Source of the DNA: Leptogorgia sarmentosa
Taxonomy: Eukaryota
Reading direction: 5' to 3'
DNA: 64,000 bases
Assembly: GCA_964658305.1 (NCBI GenBank)
Contig: OZ210885.1
Span: 23,498,001 to 23,562,000 of the forward strand
A program made the position numbers and the translations under genes. Shown piece after piece: positions 44,823 to 58,100 of the stretch. Position 1 is the stretch's first letter, and each line of letters starts with the position of its first letter. The notes below the pieces were generated by a model. It ran no database searches. It was given only the letters and a program-made list of their open reading frames with translations, and was not told where the DNA came from.

Positions 44823-46969
44823 CTAAAGGTTGCATGCACTGATTAACCTTTCAACATCGCATGAGTGAGGTTTTGCTGCCCATATTCTGGCAAGGGCTAT
44901 GACAATATTGGGGTAAATGTTTCGTTTTCTTGCCAAATACTGCACCATCTGAGATAAACATAGGTTTTGGAGAGTACGTAGCAGTTCTGGTGATGTTACA
45001 ATGCTGTTAAATTCGAGAGAAAGTTCCATTAACGGTAAATCTGAACATATTATTTCATGGAATTCCTTGATATCAGCATCAGGCTTTAAAGCAATGAAGG
45101 GTTTGACCACTTTCAATATCTTCTGATCAACACCAAATCTCTGATCTAGAAATTCCACTAAGCAATAAACAATTTCTTTCTTCACCGCTGTTAGATCTCT
45201 TAAGGCTGGCACAAAAAGGTGATGAACTCGCCTTTCTCGTGGAATACTAAGGGCAATGCCTTTCAAGGAAAGTCCATCTTCACATATCCCAAAGATCAGT
45301 GCCTCCTCCCAACCTCCAATAAGCCTTGTATTCAATAGGGATTGCAGCTGCGTTTTTACAGACTCTGTACAAGTTTCCAAATCAAGTAGCGTAACACCAT
45401 CGGCCTGCATAGTTTTTTGATATCTCTTAAACACAGCTAGGACATCAGCAACAAAAGCTGTGAGTTGAAGCTTGAATTTATCCTTCATCAGCTTTAGATA
45501 GCCACGCGCTTCTGATGACTCTTGCACATTTTTGTCAAAGTACAAGGTTGTTGCATTCCAAGATGCTAGGTGAGAGTCTGCAAGATCATGTAAGAATTCA
45601 GTAAATCGAATTTGAAAATACTCTGGGTATCGTCTGACAGTTAGTTTATATTCATTCCCAATCGCCTGCCTTTCTCTGGTTCTCACTCCTGATGTATGAA
45701 AATAAGTTGATAAAGATTTCAGCTCCTGAATGAGAATTTTCAGTTCGTCAACATTTTCTGTTACATTTTTCCATGCTAACTGACTGCGATGAACAGCACA
45801 CCAAATTTTCAACAAGGGCACCTGCTCATCACTAGGACACTTCTCGCTCCTCAATTTTTCCAGCAATGTCCATAATCCAGATCTTGCTCTGCTATTTACG
45901 TTTCTCCCATCTGTTACAATCGAGGAAGTTTCATATAGCACAAACTCCAATGATTCATCGGGGAGGTCGCGGTTGTCAGAACCTTCTTCTTCTGAATCAT
46001 TACTAGATTCCTCAGGTGAATCTTTGCCACATCCCTTGCATGCTTCCTTAATAGCATTAACAAGTCCTTCAGCCCCTCTTTCTTTTGGTTCTCTTGCCCC
46101 AACAAAGACCAGTTCTTCCTCTGCTGCATTGCTTATAAGTTTCAGCATCACAAAAATTTTGTCAACTTGCGTTCTGTCAACACTTCCATCACATCGAAGA
46201 GAAGATGCAAGAGCATTAGTTACACCACTAGCAAGTTGTTCTTTATGAGAGCTTACAATTATCTTCAGAAGTTGTCTGTGATGTGCAGGACTGATATATT
46301 GGAAGCCCATTTTAAAACCAGATGTATTTTCTTTCTGATTGAAAGAAAAACAACTGGCAATTTCTGATGTCACAATTCTGCTTGACCAACTGTATGCAGA
46401 AAGTGTAAGTTTCTTTGCGTCATTATACACATGAAGCATTAGTTTCCCCATTTTGTTTGCTAACTCCTCGTTAGCTGCTGAAATATGATATCCAATCGGT
46501 GTACACTGATATGCTTGTTCTGGAGCCATATTTCTCAAATGTTCAGATTTTACAGCTTCTTTGTGGTATTGTGTCTTTATATGAGTTTCTATTGTCCTGG
46601 ATCGGTAAACTGCACCAGTTTCCCGGACTAATGCTGGTAATTTGTTTTGTACAAATAACCTGACAGTGTTTAAATTTCGAAAACATATCTCACACCTTGC
46701 AAAATGTTGCTTTTTATGTGTCCAATGCTTGAAGGTTTTCCCATCAAATTGTTTTGAATTCGTTTTATCAACTTCACAATCATTATGTCAACTGGCAAAA
46801 TTGTTTCAGTTTCATTATTCAGCTGATCAGTTGCAAATCTTTGAACATCATCCACTTGAGCCACTTCCCCTGAATTTTCATCAGAAGTATTAGAAGATTC
46901 AGTTCTTGAAATCCATTGTAGCAAAGACGTTTGAGAAGTTCGTCTTGAACGATCATTTTCATTCATCAC
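44823..46969 (-). pseudogene. hAT-family transposase (KIAA1586/ZNF862-like), frameshifted, 3' end cut by Academ
   Basis: RCDGSVDRTQVDK, VTDG, WCAVHRSQLA, PHSCDVERLIS. Confidence 0.82.
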
Positions 46970-49900
46970 TCATCAATTTTAATATAATATTTAAAATTTT
47001 TGATGTTGGAATAAAGCAAGAATTTGATTCAAGCATGATAAATTTTTCGCACTTAATTATACGCGTACTTATTTTCGCGATTTTTTCCAGGCAAAATTTT
47101 GCGGGTTGTTATTTGTACCACAGAAGATTTGTACTTGATATAATGTGGAAATGTTGCTGTTGATTATATCAGGCTCTTCCTTTAAATTTCACAAGAAGTA
47201 TATCATAGTAGAAGAATCCACTCTTGATATCAATAGTGGCAGAGATGTTTTGAGAAGTTGTTCTTGAAAGATCAGTTTCGTTCAATATTGACATTGCTTG
47301 ATCAACTTTCTGGAGAGTGCATGAAAGCCAAAGGTATTGAGTCTATTGACTAAATTGAGTCTGAAATGATTTTATTCGTCGTTATCTCTTATCAATTTGA
47401 TACGTTGAGAGATTTTGTCCCTTTTATTAACTGCTCTGTCAGCAGGGGGAAATATTTTATTTATTTTTATAAAGTCCCAGAAGTAAAATAATATATCATT
47501 TGTCAACGATGTTGGTAAATGGAAAAGTATTTGACCTGAGATTTTAGCTAACTCATTCGAAGGTCATATTTATTTCCTAGGATGTCTATAGTTTATAAAG
47601 TATGTCAACAGTTTGTATGGAAATATGGAATTATTGTACACTAGCTAGAGCTTATATAATAATTACAAATGTCCTTCTTTCAAGACACAATTGATTTCCC
47701 CACCACTGACCCATATTACCTACCTCATCAGTCATCAACAGGTTACCGTATGAGTGGGGTCTGACGCCACCACACCAAAAAGTGACTAACAGGCTAACAG
47801 TTGCTGTGACAGAGTTATAGTGTAACTAGCGAATAAGCAACAGTAAGATGAAGACCACACCAAATTCAAAAAATACAGCCTTGCTACTTATTCTCAGGGA
47901 TAATGCAGGTCGATACAGTAGGTCTCCTACTCAAGCCTTAATACTTTAACAAAGTGGCAGAATTTTTTAATTTACTGGAGTTGTAAATTATCCTTAGAAT
48001 AACCCCTGATTTAATGTGTAGATATTTGTTCATTTGATCACCCAAAAAAGTTCCCAAGCAAAACACTTGCCCAATATCGAGAAAATCAATGATTAGTAAT
48101 TGTCTTCAATTAAATTGAAATGAAGAAAATGTGAAATTTCGTATTCAATTGCATGAAAACTGACTACATATAAGACTTTTAAACAGTTTTTTCTTTCTTA
48201 AATTGCGAAAACCTGTTTCCAGCCCCACTTTTGCTTCATAGTCCATGGCCTATTGTTGCAAAGTGCTCATCATTCACACACTAGTCTAGCTAAGAGCATT
48301 TGTCATTAACCTTTTACTTGCCTTTTATACTCTATGTCTTAAGAGTCTTCTTGCATCTACTGTTACTCGCTCACTGATAGTTAATACAAATATCCAAATT
48401 TCAAATTTAATATCACAATAGTCTACCATGTATTTCAAGTTACTTGTGGGAATTTAGTGTTCACATAGAGAGCAATATTACAGTACTCTCCAACCTGACT
48501 TTTTCACCAATTCTGACTATTTCTAGGAAATTTACCATTATCTCTAATAAAAAGTAACATGACCTCTAAGCAATAATAGAAAGAATATATTTCACCTGCA
48601 TTATCACCCGCGTTATCATTATCTCCTACAAGGATTGATATTGTCCTATTAATATCACAGCCTGAGCCACAATACTCCTTTATAATTTCATTCTTTGACA
48701 CACATGGAAACATTGCTTGGAGCTGATCGATACATACATCTATAAAGCAGGACAAGGCGGAAAGATGCATGATATTGTGGTATACAGTACTAGTGCAAAT
48801 TACAATGTAATGCCACCATGCTACAGTGCAAGTAAAAATGTTAGAAAGAATGAGGGACTACATTGTAATATTTAGCACAGTTAATAAAGTGCTTGGTTTG
48901 GAGACTTGGCGAAAACACAAGGAGTTAGGTACTTAGGTTTATGCAAAAAGTGAGTCCTATCTCGTCATGTGTATATTGTATTTACTTCAAATTAACTAAT
49001 GGTAATTTCTAGTTTGGTTCTTCCTGTTATGCATGAACATCCGAGTCCAACATTCAGACTAACCGTGATTCAGCCATATGTTATTTATGCACACAATACA
49101 ATAGGCATGTGATGAGATACGGTAGGAAATTTTCATTGTTTGACTAGACACTAGTAAGTTAGTTGAATTACTCTATTACCTGGCCAGAAATGGCATTGAG
49201 TGCACCCCTAGTTCCCACTAATATGTAAGTTGAAGTATAGTAAAAAGACTTGAGTGGCTAAACCACCACGCCAATTGCATTCACTGTAATTATGTACCTG
49301 CAGTTTCTTCATTTGAAGATTCAACTGACAGCAACCCAGATGGTGGTAAACTTTCATCTGAATCAGATTTCATTTCAGAATCACCACCATTTCCCCTCAC
49401 AGGATAGGGCATGATGGTGTCTTGGGTGGTAGGAATTCCACTGGGTCCTGGCATCATGTCGTCATCCCAACAATCATTCTCCTCGTTGGTTTCATCCTGA
49501 TGGTGAAAATATAAACTTGTGATTCATATACAGATCATTTATAGCCGTTACTACAACTGCATGACAGTAAGCTGATCATTCCACAACAGGAAGACACAAA
49601 CCATGCCTAAGGAAAAGCAAGCGGTAATTAAGTATATTCGTAATGTACCATAATACTAGCTGTTTAACAGGAGGTGGTTAACAATTTAAAACATGAAATT
49701 TGCTGTGTGGGAAAGGTAAAATTATCTGGAAATATTTCCCACCCTCTTTAAAGGTGAAGTCCCAAACATAAGGTCATCAAGACGTACAAATTCATTGTCT
49801 TCATGTAATACAAGCCATATAATTATAGTATAGTCTATTGCAAGTCTAGGTGAAAGATATATTGGGCCTTGTTTAACAATCCCCAACAATATTTTTGCTG

Positions 49901-50159
49901 TTAATGCAGTTCCTTGTGGAAGATTAATATTATTCAAATTTTTTCCAATGGTTTTGAGAAAATCAAACCTAAAAATAAATAGATATAGCATGTTATAATC
50001 GTCTTAGCTACAGCAAGTACTGTTTGCAAAAATACAATCCTTCTGTTTCCACTGTCTGTGTTCAACAAGCTCAACAAATCAACAATGGTTGGACAACAAT
50101 TTACAATGGAGCAAAAAACATTTATGGTCTTATTTTATCATGAAACAGCTAGATAGTCC

Positions 50160-50412
50160 ATTACAGACAAGACTGGCATTTGCCGAAAAATGTGAGAAAT
50201 GTCATACTGTAAATTTTAATTTATGCAAAACTTGGACAAGTGAGAATTTTAGATGGCTGTAAAAGGCATGTTTCGACATTTTGATCTGAAATTTTCACAA
50301 AATAAGGTGGGATACTAGACTATCACTATGTAATAATTTACATATACATATTGCCATAAATGTACTACAAAGTTTAACAGGGGGGGGATGGAGCATTTTT
50401 TTGGACACCCTG
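50160..50412. mobile_element. Tc1/mariner MITE right end (partial; left limit approximate)
   Basis: TTTTGGACACCCTG|TA at 50412. Confidence 0.5.
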
Positions 50413-50826
50413 TATAGTCGGGTGGGTAGGGTTACAGTTAGTAAAATTCAAATATAGACATGCATTTCAACAGACATCTCTTCAGTTAACACTGTAGTCT
50501 GTACAGAATAGCTCTTTTGTGAATACACATAAAAGTTGTTGGGCCAGTTGGTCTCTGATTGTGCCAGTGTTCAAAGGTCACAGCAACTTTGCTGGGTAGC
50601 TAGGTAGCTCTTTCTATGAAACCGATGTGTTGAATATATTTATCAGTATCAGCGGAAACGCTTACCCTGTTCCCTGCAGCTTACTAGCAAACAGAACTTC
50701 ACATTTGTCTCTCAGTTCTTTCTCCGACCAGCTTCTATCAATCTCAACAGCATCAACAATGAAACCATTTTTGTGTAAAAGGGCTTTTTTAGCATATTTG
50801 GGCACTTCTCTTTCACTTGGCTTCGG

Positions 50827-51280
50827 TAATAATTAACACTTATTGACTGGGCCCAAGGGAAACAGTGTGTTTTGTGGACCCGAGACCGTCGATGTTTCCT
50901 GAGGCGAAGCCGAGGGAAACATCAATGGTCGAGGGTCCACAAAACACACTGGTTTCCCGAGGGCCCAGTCAATAAGTGCTTTATTATTATACCAATCGTC
51001 AAAGAAACGACAAAATAAAGTGGAACAAGTGAACAAGAATGCACGAAATATTTTATTCTTAAAATATTAAATTAAATTAAAGCATTAGCAGGTCGTCCAA
51101 AGGTCGCGTCTTCACGTGATGGCGCACGTGATTTTTTGTTGTTGTTCACCGGTGAATAACGTATTATCTCCCTCTCTTGCTGATGCGAGGGAGACAGTCT
51201 AATTTCGTCACTCTCACGTGATACGCTCTCGACCAATGAAACACAAGAAAAGGGAAACTTTGATGATTGGTATATAATAA
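50827..51280. mobile_element. Hairpin-containing non-autonomous element (Crypton-like architecture) inserted in an exon
   Basis: 142-bp palindrome at 50837-50978 centred on GAGGCGAAGCCGAG. Second IR pair at 50981-51004 / 51258-51280. TAATAA at both ends. Removal restores the reading frame. Confidence 0.8.
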
Positions 51281-51379
51281 AATTACTTCTTTCATCGTGG
51301 TACTCACTGCACGAGTCGCACGACCATGGTTTGTTGATGCAGTTGTCGAAAGAGTACGGATGCCGGGACGAAAGAGTAG

Positions 51380-51885
51380 TGATTATTTGATTGATAAACT
51401 GCAAAAGCTACAAAACAGCGCTGCACGTGTAATCACTGGCGCAACTTACGAAACAAGATCACATTAAAAGAATTACATTGGCAACCCTTGAAAGAACGTC
51501 TTGAGCATAAGAAACTACTTTTTATGTGTAAGATAAGGAATAACCAATTGCCAACTGGCACGACGAATATGTTTCAAAACAAATTCACAGTACAGCCTCC
51601 GTAGCAACAACCGAGATTTCACCCTTGATAAACCAAATACGAATTTTATGAAAAAAAGCATAAGCTATGCAGCCTCTTCGGCTTGGAATAAATTGCCTCT
51701 AGAAGCTAAAGATTTGGGAATTACTAGCCAGAAATTCAAGTCTATTCTTGATCATTATTCTCCGGCATGATTTATTATATATGCATGCTTGTAGTTTATA
51801 TTTGCATTGTATTATACTGTTTATATTATGTAACTGTTTTCTAGTTGAACGGCCTCTTAAAAAACATTAAATAATAATTAATATT
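51380..51885 (+). mobile_element. CR1/L2-type LINE 3' fragment
   Basis: KLQKLQNSAARVITG, LHWQPLKER, KPNTNFMKKSISY..WNKLP, stop at about 51769, AT-rich tail. Confidence 0.85.
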
Positions 51886-52607
51886 AAAAAGTAACTGAAA
51901 TTACATGTAAGCCACTATAGGCCTTCAACGTTCATATTTGTGTGTGACTATGTCAATTTCTGTCGAAAATTAATGACGTATGTTCAAAAGTCATTATGCA
52001 GTGTGATGTCACAAGTATGATATTTGCATATCAAACAAAGTTCAATATCTCAAAAAGGAAAACAAGAACAAAAATTCTACCGAAGAGGTTATTATGATGC
52101 GCCATTGTCGCCAATATTGTCTTTGCATAAATATTCGTTCTAAAACATTTATATTTATGCTGTTCTTTATTTTGTTATCCCATGAGTTTATTTTTACATC
52201 CCATATTTTATAAATTCATGGCAAGTGTTTATTTATCCTTTCTATTCGCTCTTAAATTTTACCTGTACAATGATATGTTTTTATATTTATTGTAATTGAA
52301 ATTTGTACTGATTTTGAAAAAGTGCCAACACATAACAGTCGTGTCAAGCTGGAAGAAAAGTTTGCCACGAATTTCCGTTTAACAAAGAGTGGAATGAAGC
52401 TTCCCTGAAAGATGAAATTTATAAACAATTTCCACAATTAATTAGTATGGAGTTTGTAAAGGTAACATGAAACGTTTGAATAGTCCTAATATATTCTGTC
52501 AATGTTTGTTATTTTCATTCAACTTTGCAATCAGTAGTGCCATTATAAATATTGCCATGTATACTCTCACTCACTGTAGCTAGGCCACTAAATTATTATG
52601 ACTTTAA

Positions 52608-54355
52608 AGTGCCTATGAAGCAAATTTTTTTATTACATATTATTACAGTTCCAATCTTGTAAAAACAGTTCTGAAAAGCATAGGCAGTGAAAACCAATAC
52701 ATAGAATGTTATCGAGGTTTTAATAGCTTTAATTTGGCCGAAAAACGTGGCACATTCAGCATGCGGCCATATACAATATTTCTACTTCCGGTGACATAAT
52801 TAGCAGGGCAGGTTCGCAGCGCTTATGCAAACAATGGCGAATGCAAATCACTTGAAGTCGAAAAGAGGTTGTAAAGTGTTCTGTGTTGCTGGAGGACCAA
52901 ACAATACTCCGTGCACAAACAATGCAGAAACACCGGGGATTAGCATGCATTGTTTTCCAACAAATCCTTCGACACAAAAGCAATGGGTTCGCTTTGTACA
53001 AAGACATAGATCTGACTTCGACGGGAAAAAGTATTCATCAAGAATATGGTTGTGCTCTGCTCATTTCGATCCAAGCTGCTTCTCAAAACGTTTTTCTAAC
53101 AGTTTAGATGATCTTAACTCGCATAACACAAGACGTGTCTTGATCCAAGGCTCGGTTCCCACTATTTATTACAATTACAATGATGCCAAAGTACCAGATC
53201 AAGCGAATATCGGTGGAGAAAGTAGACAGTGAATGAATGGTTGGATAGAATGATATTTTCTGCTCAATACTCACTTGAACCATTAATATGTAGTGGTGGT
53301 GATCAGTTGGGTAGTGGTGGTGATCAGTTGGGTAGTGGTGGTGATCAGTTGGGTAGTGGTGGTGATCAGTTAGGTAGTGATCGTGATCAGTTGGGTAGTG
53401 ATCGTGATCAGTTTGGTAGTGGTGGTGATCTGTTAAGTAATGGTGGTGGTCAGTTGGGTAGTAGTGGTGATCAGTTGGGTAGTGGAACTGCTGTACATCA
53501 TGTGGATTGTGGTGCTGGTAACAGGTATCAAGAGTGTCCTGCCCTTAAAAGGAAGAACAGAAACCTAAGGAGAAGTGTATATAGATTGAAAAAAAGGATA
53601 TGAGAGTTGAAAAATAAAACCAAACAGAAGCAAGTAAGATTTCATTTTCATTTTACTTTTGTTAATGTATTACACTTGACTGTAAATATTACCGTAACTA
53701 TTTTACATTCATGGTTGTATGTTGGTATTGAATCCATGATGTGGACCCGTGGTTACTTTGAGTGAACACTTTATCTCAACAAGATAATAACTACTTGTTA
53801 AAGCTGTGTAAGTAATACAGTACTTTTCTTAGTAATCTTGAAATTTTAGATTATGGAAGCAAGTGACATGGTTGAAAACCTAATGGAAGAGAATGGCTGT
53901 GAGAATGATGAAAATGGTGATGATCATGATCATGATGATGATGAGGAGGATGAAGATGATGGTGGTATGGAACACAATGGAATTCGTAGTTTCTTCAAAG
54001 ATCATCCTGATCACGACTGATCATGTCCAATAGAGGAGCCTAGCACCTGTTCTGAAACATCAGATAGTGAGAATGATACATCCCAAACAGAAGAAAGAAG
54101 CCATGTTATGTATGTGATAATTTGAATTTCCTTGTAACTGTATAAACATACTAGTCAGTAATATGTAATGATTTTGAAATGTGTTTGAACAGGGAAAACT
54201 GACACAAACTGTTCACATTTTTATGTTGTCAGGAGTAATGAAGATGGCAATGTGTACAAAGAACCAAAGTTTTTAGTATTTTACTCCCTTCTGTTAAGCA
54301 TCTTTTCCATGTTCTGTTTCAAATGTCGAAACCATGCACCTGATGTTGAAGCTAC
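52608..54355 (+). mobile_element. Second Kolobok element, 5' part only
   Basis: TTAA|AGTGCCTATGAAGC resembles the 30817 end. THAP ORF 52825-53232 (CVAGGPN..LCSAHF). Exon EPKFLVFYSLLLSIFSMFCFKC matches EPMFLVFHSSLLQLLGMFCFNC at 29.5 kb. Confidence 0.85.
53290..53486 (+). repeat. 21-bp tandem repeat, about 9 copies, in frame (SGGDQLG)
   Basis: GTAGTGGTGGTGATCAGTTGG units. Confidence 0.95.
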
Positions 54356-54556
54356 CGAACAATTATTTCTGTATTTCAATTCATCTGTAATTCCATACTA
54401 TGACTTTATACTGGGGAACTGAACACTTATTCATGTTCTGAAAAGTAGTTTTTTAATATTATACATGTATATTATGTAATCCTAGTGTCTTAGTATACAA
54501 GATGTTTGTTGATAAAAATGCAAATGGGAAACATGTTTTAGAATTCCCTTGGGTAC

Positions 54557-54893
54557 TGTTAGATCTAGGCCAGCCCAAGTGCGGGTAGGAACTCCTGGAA
54601 AACAGGTGTGAACATATGGTTTGACATTTTTAATATATGAGTGATTTACTTTGGGTGAGATTATTGTACTCGTGTTTGGCTGTATTTATTTGAGTATCTC
54701 GAAGGTCAACAGTCAGGTACATTTAAAATTGTTTACTCAACGTTGTGTATTGTAGTCTGATCGTCGTCCGTAATTGTATTGATTGTTTGCGACTTCTGTA
54801 ATGTAATATAATGTAATGATAATTTGTTTAGAAACCACACGCGTTATAATTGAATAAAGTGCGTTTCCCTGTTGATGTGTAGATGATCTAACA
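54557..54893 (+). repeat. 5' LTR
   Basis: TGTTAGATC...GATCTAACA, with AATAAA. Confidence 0.97.
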
Positions 54894-55158
54894 GTTTCTG
54901 ACTACTTCGTAAAGGTATTTCTTGTATTTACAAGTATAAACCGAGAGGAAAGGAGAAATATTAGTACGGATTTAATGATTTATGTTGGTTTATATGATTT
55001 ATTGAATTTGTGAATACGAGCGTATTGGCATTCTGTTAATCATCGCTGACGTTTTGTGTTGCGACTTGCAAGTGAGGGTGTGTGAATATTTATGGAACAT
55101 TGGTAATTTCCCAATGAAATAAGTAGAATTTGGTGTATCAAGCGTATACAATTCCTTT

Positions 55159-58100
55159 GTGCTGATGGGAACGAGACAAGACAGTAATGGGCGCTTAAAT
55201 ATGGATGCTGTCAGAGAGGACGACAAGGATGAATCGACTGTGTTGCCACTACATGATAAAAATGTTCCTCCTCAAAGGCCATCCTCACAATATACGGTCG
55301 AGTGGCTTGAAAGGGTCGAATTTCCCCAAGCGGCAAGATCGTTATCGCAGGATCAGGGCGTTGGTTTAGCCATTAAAGACCCCTTTCCGAGAGTCAGCAG
55401 ATCTGCACCTGCGTGGAGCGTAAAGTCAACACGGGGTGCTGGTGAAGCTTCTAGATGTAAGTTGCAGTTGCAATTAGATCAACTGAAGAAAAGACAAGCC
55501 TTGGAGAAAGAAACCAGGGAAGTGGAGATGGAAATCAAGAAACAAGAGCTCGAACTTGAAAGGGAAAGACGACTCGCAGAGCTTGCTGAGACAAGGGCGT
55601 TGCAGGAGCTAGAAGAGCAACTAGCAGAAACCGAATTTGTTGAACAGCTAGTAGACGATTGGGACGATCAGTATTTGGGTTCTGATGATGGAAATGGGCA
55701 AAATTTGATGGAGCGAGACGACTATGAAGATTTGCGACGACGCGAAGCGGAAAGGCGTGAAACGGAGCGGCGTGAAGTCGAAAGGCGTGAAATGGAGCAG
55801 CGTGAAGCGAAAGGACGTGAATCAGAACGGCGTGAAGTCGAAAGACGTGAAGCAGAACGGCGTGAAGTCGAAAGGCATGAACAAGAACGACGCGAAGATG
55901 TGAAGCGGAGCAGCGTGAAGCGGAGCGGCATGAAGTGGAAAGATGTGATGTAGATCAACGTAGGGCGGAACAGCACGAAAGGGAACATGGAGAACTGAGC
56001 AGACATGAGCAAGGGTACAGTGACGTGGAACGGCGTAATATAAGGCAAAGGGGTGATCGAGGTAGAGAAAATGCATTATCGCCCGAACAGCAATTTCGGA
56101 CCCAATATGGACCCCCCGTTGACACATATATTCCACGGCAGGCACCACGGCCACTATCCTATTTGTGTGAACCGCTCATCACCCACCAGGAGTATCCGAA
56201 TAATAAATTCCAAAACGCCCAATCAATGTATGTTAGCCAGCAAGGGTCGTTAGGTTTCGCGCCGACAACATACTGCAATGAAACAAATAATTTTGAGGTA
56301 CCTCAACCCTACCAACCGATCCCGAATAGTCAGCAGATGTTTGAGCAACAACAGCAGGCACTGAAGGTGATGGCAACAACCATTGGATCGACAATCAGTA
56401 AGGGCCTCGTTATGCCCAAAAGGGAGTATTTGTCCTTCGACGGAGATCCACTGCAATATCCAAGCTTTATCGCGAACTTTAAGACGAATGTTGAAGATGT
56501 TGAGGCTGATTCGAACGTGAGACGCAACTTTCTAATCCAACTTTGTACTGGGAAAGCTAAAGACGACATCAGTGGAACAGTGATGCTGGCTCCTGATGGT
56601 TATAAGAAAGCGAAATCCATTCTCCATGAAATGTCTGGACAGACCCATGTGGTTGCTGCCTCGCACAACGAAAGGCTGTGCTATTAAAGAAAACGAAAGT
56701 GAAAAGTTGTTGCAATTCCTTCGTTTGCCACGATACCTTCGTTCAGAGTGGGCTAAGGAAGCGAATAAACTTAGGAATCAAAACAATGAACCAGATTTCG
56801 CTGCTTGGGCCAAGTTGACGAACACGGAATACGGCCGATTGGTCAACGTTAGAACCGACAAGGAGAAGGACAAACCTCGATTCCAGAACAAACCAATGAG
56901 ACGCGCCTTCGTTAACCAAGTCTCAGGAGAAGGGTCGGTGGCTGGCAAGCAAGACGGGGGACCAGGTGGGGCAACCAAGGTCAAGTGCCTCTTCTGTAGC
57001 AAAGACGGCCACACTGTGGAGAAGTGTTACAAATTCCAGGAGGAAAGAAAGAAGTTTGTATCTATTAAAGGGTTGTGCAACATTTGTTTGACGAAAGGGC
57101 ATTTTGCGAGCCGATGCCAAAAGGGCCGTAACTGCTTCGTTGCCGGATGCGGCAAGCAACACCATCCTCTTCTTCATATGACTGAATCCAATGATAAAGG
57201 ATCTGAAGGCGGGCCGGTCAAAGCTGGAGAAAAGGAGTCGATCGGGACGAAGGATAAGAAGGTTCTAGACGCCCAAACAGGCCATTGCAGCGCGTCAGAT
57301 GCGAGGAAAAGGCAAGTTTGTTTGCGAGTAATACCGGTCAGGGTGTTCAGCCAAGATAATAGCCGCAAAAACGTTACGTACACCATCCGTGATGAAGGAT
57401 CCAATACAACACTCGTGAAGGAGAGTTTGGCGAGGGAACTTAAGTTAGAAGGCCAGCCTCTGGATTTCAAATTGGCAACAATGAACAATGTTTCTCTGGA
57501 GTCGGGAAAGGCGCATCGCCTCTATGTACAAGGTGTTGATCAGAAGGATGTCATAGAAATCCCAAACGTGTTGTCTATCAAGAGCTTATCGGTGGCGAGA
57601 AGCTGCATTCCAACTAGAAGCGAAATCGAAGAATGGAGCCACCTCGATGGTATCCCTATGCCTGAGCTTGAAGATCTTGAAGTGACCCTCCTGATAGGAA
57701 CGGATGTACCAGAAGCACATTGGATGCTGGAGGAGCGACGAGGATGGAAGAAGGAACCGTACGCTATACGAACACCTCTTGGATGGTCCGTCACTGGTCC
57801 AATGGGTACGCAGAGAAGCCACAAGTTTTTTTGTGAACGGTGGCGACGAGTTTCTTACTGAGACAGTCGAACGCATGTTCCAATTAGATTTCAGCTAACC
57901 GCCGCACTGTGAAGATTTAGCTCTCTCTATGGAGGATAAGAAGGCTCAGATAATAATGGAGAACTTGCTTAAAGTTGTGGATGGCCATTACCAACTAGAT
58001 ATGCCATTTCGGGAAAGACTACCGTTCCCTAATAATCGAGTAATGGCCGAGAAGAGGATGAACTCCTTAAGAATGCGCTTCAGGAAAGATCCAGAGTTGT

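Larger units (their letters stand above)
48596..51379 (-). pseudogene. Spliced gene fragment: N-terminal half of a G2E3-like protein with a CUE domain
   Basis: Phase-compatible exons: 51379-50666 (MKEVILLPKPSEREVPK after removing the insert), 49968 to about 49788 (FDFLKTIGK..KQGPIYLSP), 49496-49298 (acidic) and 48739-48596 (IDQLQAMFP..DINRTISILV, CUE-like). Confidence 0.65.

Noticed and set aside
32210..51885. LINE pieces at 32 kb and 51 kb as one interrupted copy
   Set aside because: The whole RT would be missing, no TSD brackets the gap, and the 51380 junction falls mid-exon of another gene. Cannot be supported.
51900..52560. Possible Helitron/Helentron-like non-autonomous fragment
   Set aside because: The motifs look repeat-like, but no diagnostic termini or hairpin could be placed.
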